Shown here piece after piece: positions 46,697 through 64,000 of a stretch of 64,000 bases of DNA. Each line of letters begins with the position of its first letter. Position 1 is the first letter of the stretch. This DNA comes from the human T2T-CHM13v2.0 reference genome, Homo sapiens. A program made the translations under genes and the position numbers. The stretch is from assembly GCF_009914755.1 (NCBI RefSeq), contig NC_060937.1; one strand, written 5' to 3'. A model generated the notes under the pieces. That model did no database searches. It saw only the letters and a list, made by a program, of their open reading frames with translations, and was not told the DNA's origin.

Positions 46697-47801
46697 CTAG
46701 AATCAGAGTATTACTTTTTTTTTTTGAGACAGAGTCTGGCTCTGTCGCCCAGGCTGGAATGCAGTGGGGTAGTCTTGGCTCACCGCAACTTCCGCCTCCT
46801 GGGTTCAAGCAATTCTCTGCCTCAGCCTCCTGAGTAGCTGGGATTACAGGCACCTGCCACCACGCCCGGCTAATTTTTTGTATTTTTAGTAGAGACAGGG
46901 CTTCACCATCTTGGCCAAGCCGGCCTTGAACTCCTTACCTCAGGATCCACTGGCCTCGGCCTCCCAAAGTACTGGGATTACAGGTGTGAGCCACCATGCC
47001 TGGTCGAGTATTACCATTTTTAATAATGGTAATGGGTAATAGAAAATAATGTTATTTTAGGAAACAATTCTAAAGCTTCATTTTCAGGAGACTGAGATTT
47101 TAGAAGCTACTTCTTTAATTCTTATGACATAGAGTCGGATTAGACACAAAATAAATGTTATGAAAATGCTACTACTGTTCTTTGAAGGCTGTTTATAGTT
47201 TGTAGATGCTGAGAATATGGTGAAATGGTAAACTATGCATAGCCTTAACTTACGGAGTGCTAGAGTTTTGGGCTGAGGAGCTGGTCACCATTGGGCATCT
47301 GACAACTGATTGTTTGGGCTTCTGGGACTGTTTCTGGAGGGGCCTGGATCTCAGCACACTGTGTCAGGTAGGAGAGGAAAAAAACGTTATCTGCTTGCTC
47401 CTAAGCTCATTGGTTGAAGATTCGCCCCACAGGCTTCAATTTCTCTGCACTTACTTTTTTCTCTGACTTATTGTGGGTTTCTCAAGCATAGGGGCCAGGG
47501 GTCCTGTGAGGTGGGTGCCATTTGGGATGCCACATGGAGCTGGCAGTGTCCACAGACAGCTGGTTTCTGCAGTGGCAGCAGGGTGGAGTAAGCGTCCAAC
47601 GGTGTCCAAAGATTTGGAGTGGTACTTAAGAGGTGTTTACACGAGCAACAAGGTAAGTAGAGATAACTGGGCCTTCAATACAGAGGTTGATGGAAACACA
47701 TCTGCAAGTGTACCTGATTCAAATCATCACACAGTAACCCCTCCAGGGGAATGTCAAATTCTGTACTGTTTTTAATGCTCAGCTGACACATTGCTCTAGT
47801 C

Positions 47802-48609
<808 letters not shown>

Positions 48610-48838
48610 CTCAAGTCTAAGTTGCGAATTTCTCAATTATATGAACAAGACTCTAGCGGAAACCAGTACTGTGTGCGCTCAACAGACTAAATTGTTTGGA
48701 AAAGCGTTTCCTAGGAGTTGCTATAAACCAAATGACTCATTTAAACGTTTTTATTACTTTGACAAATACTTCGGCTCTGCAGCCTGTTCCTTTTTTAAAC
48801 CAACTTGCCTCATTACACAGCTGTGGTCTGCACAGCTT

Positions 48839-48857
48839 TGGCCACCAGGTGGCTCCC
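48839..48857 (+). promoter_or_regulatory. Candidate CTCF site (forward)
   Basis: TGGCCACCAGGTGGCTCCC resembles the consensus TGGCCACCAGGGGGCGCTA. Confidence 0.55.
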
Positions 48858-48998
48858 ACCCCCAGCCTTTTCTAGAAGGATCCATTCAGGACGCTTCATT
48901 CCTTGATGGAGCCCTAGCTGCTCAGGGCACTCAGGGAAACTTTATTTTGTTCAACATAAGAAAAGAGTCAGTTGTGGGAGGCCGACGCAGGCGGATCA

Positions 48999-49295
<297 letters not shown>

Positions 49296-50765
49296 TCAAG
49301 GAAAAGGGAAGTTAAGAAAGAATAGAACTGGCAGTGCGTGGTGGCTCACGCCTGTAATCCCAGCACTTTGGGAGGCCGAGGCGGGTCTAACACGAGGTCA
49401 GGAGTTCGAGACCAGCACAGCCAAGATGGTGAAACCCCCTTCTCCACTAAAAATACAAAAATTAGCCGGGCATGGCAGCAGGTACCTGTAATCCCAGCTG
49501 CTCAGGAGGCTGAGGCAGAGAATTGCTTGAACTCGGGAGGCGGAGGTTGCAGTGAGTCGAGATTGCTCCACCGCACTCCAGCCTGGGCGAAAGAGTGAGA
49601 CTCCGTCTCAAAAAAAAAAAAAAGTATATTTAACATAGGAGGTTGGTAAAAAAAATCTAAAAGAGTTGGTCTGAATACTGGAAGAAGTACTATATGGCAC
49701 CTTTACTCTCTTACCAGCTTAATGTAGCTTTTTCCTTCTCATTGTTTTTAACTGATATGCTTAAATTGGGTATTATTATCTCTACTAAAATGGTTCTCTC
49801 TCAAAGCAAGGTGTTATACTAGATACCACGTGGGATAAACAAAGAGGTGGTGGGGAATGCGCCCCTCCACCCTGAGAGACAGGAGGTGTGGGTGTTTTCA
49901 CTCTAGCACATATTCACTGTGACACTGTGGGGTTACTTCTGTTTCCTAACCTGAGTGATCCACCCCACTTACAAGAGAGGGCTGATAATCCTTAACTGTC
50001 CAGAGGTTTGTTTCCAAATCAGATTGTCTCTGGAGTTCCTTGCGAGACTCGAAATACACGATTCTGTGATTCTATTTCAGTCTGGTTGAGTTCTTTAGTT
50101 GCAAGCAACAGATAACCAACTTGGTTAATCTTGCCCAGTTTCCTTAATAAGACTCATACGGCCCTTCGCTACCTGGGCCCTGCCTGTGCCTCCAGCCTCA
50201 AATCTTCTTCAGGCACTGTGAAGCTCCAGACATATGGCGACATCCCCCACACCATGTGTGCCCCTTCTCCGGCCTCTGCTGCCTAATAGTAGGTTTCAGG
50301 TAGGCATCACTTCCGCTGGGCTGCCTTCCATGACCTCCCCAGTCTGGATCGCGTCCTCTCCTGGGTGCTCCAGCAGCAGCTTCCTCCACTTCTCCATCAT
50401 ACCTTTGAGACTATTGTATTATAATTTTCTAAATGCTTTCCCCTCCTGTGAGTCCTGGGCAGAAGGAAGCATGTCCACCTTCTTCACGGGTATCCCCAAT
50501 ACACAGTACAGTGTCTGGCACACAGCAGGTACACAAAATATATTTAATGAAGGAACAGAGGAAGGGAGAGAAGATATCTCTTCTTGGATAGTGCCAGTCA
50601 TATATTAGGTGTTCATTAAACATTTGTAGAACCGAACTGAGAATGCTGAGCCCTTTAACAGGATCCTCAAAACCTCGTAAAATAAACACAGATAGGCCGG
50701 GCGCGGTGGCTCACGCTTGTAATCCCAGTACTTTGGAAGGCTGAGGCGTGTGGATCACAAGGTCA

Positions 50766-50954
<189 letters not shown>

Positions 50955-51129
50955 CTACAGAGCAAGACTCTTGTCTCAATAAAAATAAAAAACACAGATA
51001 ATAATAGGATTTTGCCGAATATAGAACCAAGTGGCAGATTTAAAATTTGAACCACAACATCCTGGATTTGACGTCTTTTGTACTACTTTTGTTGAGAAAG
51101 GGGAAATGCTCTCTTCACTCAGGCACCCA

Positions 51130-51570
51130 CCACGAGAGCTAGCCTGGAGGATGCGGGCTCAGCACGTGCTAGAGGAACCCCGGGGGGATGGAGAAACGGT
51201 GGAGAGACGGGGAGGGCTCCGGAAAACTGCGTTCTCACAAGACCAAAGGGAGGGGAGGGAGGGGGAGATGTGGCTGCAAGTGCAGTTGGAGAGGGTGTGA
51301 AGAGATCGGGAGTCCTCTGCGAGGCTCTGGAGCACCCGGCGCCTAGGAGGCTAGTGCGCCCCGTGCCGCTGCGGTAGGACCTGGCGGTCCGCAGCTCCTG
51401 AAGGGCCTGGCCGTTCACGGGGCAGGCAGGACGGGCGAAATCCCCCGCGGTTAGCGGTCAACAGAAAGGGCGACACGGAACGGGGTTCCTGGCACCCGAG
51501 ATCGCCGCACCGAAGTCTCCTGGTAACAGCGACACGGGACCGGGCGATGTGACCACACACCTGAAGCCCC
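51130..51570. promoter_or_regulatory. Orphan CpG-rich island (possible lncRNA promoter or enhancer)
   Basis: Non-Alu, GC/CpG-dense stretch of ~440 bp. Contains E-box CACGTG at ~51162, G-tracts 51248-51265 and X-box-like GTCTCCTGGTAAC 51515-51527. Confidence 0.65.
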
Positions 51571-51579
51571 TGGAGAGCT

Positions 51580-52700
51580 CTTTGTTTTATTTCAAATTGT
51601 GGTAAAAAGGACATAACATTAAATACCATCTTACCCATTTTTAAGTGCACAGTTCAGTAGCATCGAGAGCATTCACATCGCTGTGTGGCCATCACCACTG
51701 TCCACCTCTAGAACTCTTCATCGGCCTGTGCAGCAGCTGTCACCTACCTGTTCAACACTAACTCCCGGTTCCCACTCCCGCAGCGCCGTATCACACTTAC
51801 ACTTCTGTGTCTATGAATTCGCCTGCTTTACATATGGCATATGAGTGGAATCACACAGTATTGGTACTTTTGTGACTGGCCTATTTCACTCAGCATAATG
51901 GCCTGGAGGTTCATCCATGTTGTAGCATGTAATGGGATTTCCTTCTTTTTTTTTTTTTTTTTTTTTTTTTTTGACAGAATCTTGCTCTGTCGCCCAGGCT
52001 GGAGTGCAGTGGCTTGATCTCGGTTCACTGCAATCTCCGTCTCCCGGGTTCAAGTGATTCTTTGCCTCAGCCTCCCGAGTAGCTGGGATTACAGGCAAGC
52101 TCCACCATGCCCAGCTTGTTTGTATATTTTCAGTAGAGATGGGGTTATGCCTTGTTGGTCAGGCTGGTCTTGACCTCAGGTGATCCACCCACCCTGGCCT
52201 CCCAAAGTGCTGGGATTACAGGTGGGAGCCACCATGCCCGGCGATTTCCTTTTTTTTTTTTTTTTTTTTTTTGAGACAGAGTCTTGCCCTGTCGCCCAGG
52301 CTGGAGTGTGCAATGGCATGATATTGGCTCACTGCAACCTCCATGTCTTGGTTTCAAACCATTCTCCTGCCTCAGCCTCCCAACTCCCAAGTATCTGGGA
52401 TTACAGGCACCTGCCACCACACCTGGCTAATTTTTGTATTTTTAGTAGAGATGGGGTTTCACCATGTTGGCCAGGCTGGTCTCGAACTTCTGACCTCGTG
52501 ATCCACCCATCTCGGCCTCCCAAAGTCCTGGGATTACAGGCATGAGCCACTGCACCTGGCCGATTTCCTTCTTTTTAAAGGCTCTATAATATTCCACTGT
52601 ATGGATGCACCACATTTTGTGTAATAATTCATTCACTGATGGACACTTGGGCTGCTTCCACCTTTTGGCTGTTGTGAATGATGCTGCTATGAACAGGAAT
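51580..52700 (-). mobile_element. L1MB-like 3' end with two Alus
   Basis: TTGTGGTAAAA...CCATTTTTAAGTGCACAGTTCAGTAG; GTGGAATCACACAGTATT; GGACACTTGGGCTGCTTCCACCTTTTGGCTGTTGTGAAT. Confidence 0.75.
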
Positions 52701-53067
52701 CTGAAGATTTGGGTTCAGAGCATAGAGGTGGCATGTGAGTTTTATGAGGCAAATCTCTCAGCCCTGAGTTTTTCAACTGTAAAATGAGATGTCAATATTT
52801 ACTATCTTTCAGGTTTGTGGCAAATATAAAATGAGATCATGTGCATAAAAGTATTTGTAAACTGAAAAATCTCACCTCATGTAAAACTGTTATGATTTTT
52901 GTGACCAGCCATTACGACCAATGGAACATATGATTTGTGATGGTTAATTCATGGTAGAAGCAGATGTGGAGAAGTTCTCTGCAATAAAAGCGAATGGCCA
53001 GTTATATCAGGTTAATACCTGAAAAGTTGTTTTGTGTATTCTGTAGGCATTTAAGGAAATTTTTTAT

Positions 53068-56115
<3,048 letters not shown>

Positions 56116-58793
56116 GAGTATCATGGAATCTTATAACAAAAAACCTTGAGAGCTGGAATAGCTTTAGAGTCACAGTGATTTGGTCCTACTCTGTCCTTTT
56201 ACAGAGGAGCACACTGAGGTGGGACCAGTTATGTGACTTACTCATGGTAAAATGATTTGGTGGTAATAGTCACTAACACTTTTTAAAATTTTTTTTTTTT
56301 TTGAGACAGAGTCTCGCACTGTCACCTGGGCTGGAGTGCAGTGGCGTGATCTCAGCCCACTGCAACCTCTGCCTCCCAGGTTCAAGTGATTCTCCTTGCC
56401 TCAGCCTCCCAAGTAGCTGGGATTACAGGTGCCTGCCACCAAGCCTGGCTAATTTTTTTTGTATTTTTAGTAGAGATGGGGTTTCACCATGTTGGCCAGG
56501 CTGGTCTTTAACTCCTGACCTCATGATCCGCCCGCCTCGGCCTCCTAAAGTGCTGGGATTACAGGCGTGAGCCACCATGCCCGGTCATCACTAACAGTTT
56601 GAAAGGATACAGTGAGCCAGACACTTGGCTGAGTGCATGACCTGTAGTGTGTCAGTTAGCCCTTACCTATAAAACCTATGAAATAGATACTATTATCATC
56701 TCCATTGTATAGATAACAAAACTGAAGTGCAAAGAGATTAAGATTTTATATATATATAAAACATATAATATATGTATATATACACACACATATATATATT
56801 CGAGATAAGGTCTTGCTCTGTCGCCCGGGCTGGAGTGCAGTGGCGTGATCTCGGTTCACTGCAATCTGCGTCTCCCAGGTTCAAGTGATTCTCTGCCTCA
56901 GCTGCCCGAGTAGCTGGGATTACAGGCAAGTACCAACATGCCCAGCTAATTTTTGTATTTTTAGTAGAGATGGGGTTTCATCATGCTGGCCAGGCTGTTC
57001 TCGAACTCCTGACCTTGTGATCCACACACCTTGGCCTCCCAAAGTGCTGGGATTATAGGAGTGAGCCATCGCGCCCAGCCAACACTATATTTCGTAAGGG
57101 CTGGGACCTCCTCTCTGACTCTAGGGTGGAGGAGCAATTAACAATGATTAATTTTCATTCATTTATTCAGATAACATTTCTCAAGTGCCTCCCACTGCCA
57201 CACTGTACTAGATCCTGGACATACATAAACAGAACTGCATGTTTGCCCCCAAAGAGCTGGCAGTGTAGGAGGAGCAACTGGCTTGTCCTCAATTTCAATG
57301 CAATGTGATTAGTGCTGTACTAGTGTTTTGCAGGTGCTGCCACTGAGCATGCAGGAGGGGGACTTCTGAGGGATGGATGGATGGGGAGGCTTCGTCTCCA
57401 AAACAGCCCTTGAGCTGCATGTCTAAGCGCATGCAGACGTTTTCAAGGTGAAAAAGTGGAGGGAACAGTATTTGAGGTGAAGGAAACGTATGCAAAACGT
57501 ATGCAGAGGAATGGGAGTCTGAAGGATTGCTGAATTATTTTGATGGACGAGAGCACAGGTGTGTGGGAGAGGGCAGGGGATGGAAGGGAGGGAAGCTGAC
57601 TCCCTGTGGTGGAGCGTCTAAGATGTCTCAAGCACTTGGCCTATACTGTTCATTGAATTCTCACAATGCTTCTGTTGTCTTCTCTCTCTCTCTCTTTCTC
57701 TCTCTCTCAGAGACAGGGTCTTGCTCTGTCACCTGGCGAGAATGCTGTGGCACGATCTTAGCTTACTGCAGCCTTGAAATTCTGGGCTCAAGCAATGCTC
57801 CTGCTTCAGCCCCCTGGTAGCTGGGATCACAGGTGTGTGTCACCAGCCCAGCTAATTTTGTAATTTTTAGTATAGACAGTTGTGGGCCGGGCTTGGGGAG
57901 GTGGTCTCGCCCAGGCTGGTCTCGAACTCCTGGGCTATGGCAACAATCCTCCTGTCTTGGCCTCCCAAAGCACTGAGATTACAGGTGTCAGTCACCGAGC
58001 CTCGCCTGCTGTCTTCATTTCATATTAGGAACACCGAGCCTCTGGTTAAGAAAAACTCCCAAGGTCACACACCTTCAGGCTTCAGATGCCACCGAGGTGA
58101 GGCACTTGGAGCAGGATCGCGGGGCACCAACGCGGGGCCGAGGAGTTGCTCCCTGACCTCTTAGGCGCTGGAACCCCACAGAAGTCATCTATCGGGACTG
58201 ATTTGCCCAAGTTGGAGCTGTTTCCTGAAGGAATGCAAAAGGAGTTCAGCTTGGGGCAACAGTCCCAAGAAGGGACGCAGCTGGGCCTGCAGTGGAGGAG
58301 GCAGCTGTGGGCCCCGGAGCAAGTGCCCCCCGGCCCAGCACCCCCACACCGTGGAGACCCCATGCTCCTTCCTGGGGTTTCTCCTGTCGTGTCTTCTTGC
58401 AGGAGGTGAAAATAAGAGGCACCAAACAAGGACACATAGTGGTTTGCAAGCCTGCCTGAGTCCCCTGTTCCCAGTGTCCCAAGGACACCAGGGGTGTGGC
58501 AGAGCTTGTGTCTGCTCCCCGGCTCCGCCTCGGTGTCCCTCCAATTCCTGTCCTTGCTGAGCTGTGACGGGAGCCAAAGGATATGTGTTCTTTTTGTTTG
58601 TTTGTTTGTTTTTTCTCAGCAGGAAGCTGACGGCTGCATCACATGATGGTAGTTGATTTTTTACCTGGTATTTGGGTAGATTAAGGAAAAAAAAGTTTGT
58701 GTCCAACTAATTATTGACTTTGTGTGTCCTTCCCAAAGCAAGGTGGTGTTTACTTTGAAAAGACACTCCATGCGACTATGAGATAAGATTTAA

Positions 58794-59483
<690 letters not shown>

Positions 59484-59897
59484 TGATGGGAAGAGTGAGA
59501 AGAAAACAAATGTCTGGAACACACAGGCCTGGCTCGAAGAGCATGGAGAGGAACACAGAATTCAGCAGAAACTATGGGTGCCTACCATGCGCTCGGCACT
59601 GGGGAGTTGATGAGAAGTAAGACACGTCAGTTAACAAAGATCACAAAACACAACCATTTGTTAGACATGAGTCTTAGATCTAATATAAAAGCAAAAGCCA
59701 AAAATCTTCTAGAAGAAAACACAAGAGAATTTCTTCATCATCTTAGGGTAGGAAAAGATTTCTTAACAAGAACACAAAAACATTCACTGTAAAAGAGAAA
59801 AATGGGCCAGGTGTGGTGGCTCACGCCTGTAATCCCAGCACTTTGGGAGGCCAAGGCGGGCAGATCACAGGTCAGGAGATCGAGAGCATCCTGGCTA

Positions 59898-60136
<239 letters not shown>

Positions 60137-60969
60137 TCAAAATCAAAGCCTTCTGCTCTTTAAAAGATATCATTAAGCAAATTCAATAAAATAGTCTCAA
60201 AACATGCATCTAACGAAGAACCTGTATTCAACTTGCATGCTGGTAATGCAACATGTTGAGTTTTCCATCTTAGGCATGATCTCATTACAGTGTCTCCCAC
60301 TATACGAGGAAAGAATTTAACTTTTTTTTTTTAGACAGGGAATCACTCTGTCACCTAGGCTGGAGTGCAGTTATGTAGTTATGTGATCACGGCTCACTGC
60401 AGCCTTGACCTCCCCAGCTCAAGCAGTCCTCCCACCTTAGCCTCCCTAGTAGCTGAGACCACAGGCACATCATGCAACCACACCCATGTAATTTTTTTTT
60501 TTTTTTTTTTTTTGTGTAGAGACAAGAGTCTCACTATGTTCCCTAGGCTCGTCTTGAATTCCTGGGCTCAAATCATCCTGCCGCTTCAGCCTCCCAAATT
60601 GTTGGGATTACAGGTATGAGCCACCACGCCTGGCCAACTTTAACTTTTAAACCCTCTGCCCCCAGTACTCGAGCTTGCTGTTCCCATCCTTCTGTCTTCC
60701 TAATATAGTGCTGTCATAATTTTGGTGAAATCACCAAATGCTTTTGGTGAAGCGTTCTCTCCTACAGCCTGCATCACACCGTATGTGAATGGCTCGCCAC
60801 CTCCCAGAGGTGCAAAGCTGTTATTCTGAATCGCCCCCACAGCACCATCGGGATGCTTTCCTCTTCTCTTGGATACCATTTCTTTCTTGGACCTCATGTC
60901 TTCCTCCAGCTTGGTTTGTTTGTTGATTGTTATTTAGCTTTTCTTTCTTTTTTTTTTTTCTTTTTTTGA

Positions 60970-61128
<159 letters not shown>

Positions 61129-61295
61129 TAGTAGAGACTGGGTTTCTCCACGTTAGTCAGGCTGGTCTTGAACTCCCCACCTCAGGTGATCCATCCACCT
61201 CAGGTGATCCGGGAGGTGGAGGTCGCAGTGAGCCCAGATCATGCCACTCCAGCCTGGGTGAAAGAGCGAAACTCTGTCTCAAAAAAAAAAAAAAA

Positions 61296-61766
<471 letters not shown>

Positions 61767-62089
61767 TTAGTTTGGTGGAGTACATCTTCCAATAGCTTCC
61801 TGAAAATGTTTTGAATTTTGGAATGTCTGAAAATGTCTTTATTTTACCTTCACGCTTAATTAATAACTTGTCTGGGTATAGAATTTTGAGTCAAAAACAA
61901 TTAACTTTACACATCTTTAAGGCCTTGCTTTATTGTTCTGTAGTGTTAAATATAAAGCCATTCTGATTCTTGAACCTGGGAGGCTGGAGGTTGCAGTGAG
62001 CCCAGATCATACCACTGCACTCCAGCCTGGGTGAAAAAGTGAGACTCTGTCTCAAAAAAAAAAAAACAAAAAAACAAAAAAAACCCAGC

Positions 62090-63903
<1,814 letters not shown>

Positions 63904-64000
63904 TAGCCAGATAGTCTTGATCTCCTGACCTTGTGATCCACTCGCCTCGGCCTCCCAAAGTGCTGAGATTACAGGCATGAGCCACCGTGCCAGGACAATG

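Noticed and set aside
60721-60738. Short hairpin TTTGGTGA-AA-TCACCAAA
   Set aside because: An 8-bp stem can arise by chance in 64 kb, and there is no RNA-gene context.

Overview
Primate (hominoid) genomic DNA, very Alu-rich (roughly half by eye). The only intact protein-coding sequence is coding exon 1 of XPO4 (minus strand, 7884-7816) with its CpG-island promoter; bases 1-7815 are XPO4 intron 1. The remaining ~56 kb is upstream/intergenic DNA. It holds three minus-strand processed pseudogenes (CNOT4, HNRNPA1, PPIA), LTRs (LTR3, MER21, MER50, an ERVL-class LTR), fragmented L1s, Charlie1 and MER2 DNA transposons, two CTCF-like motifs in divergent orientation, and an orphan CpG-rich patch. Nearly all long ORFs in the supplied track are Alu-derived. 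Two young Alus share three diagnostic changes that I recall from gibbon AluYd, so the source may be a gibbon rather than human. I found no new multi-gene system. The most unusual signals are: an in-frame 18-nt acceptor-like insert at an exon junction of the HNRNPA1 retrocopy; two locally templated insertions (one direct, one inverted) around the CNOT4 retrocopy; and a hairpin-containing 28-bp tandem repeat formed inside an Alu. Family assignments are from recalled consensus sequences, not database searches, and repeat boundaries are approximate.
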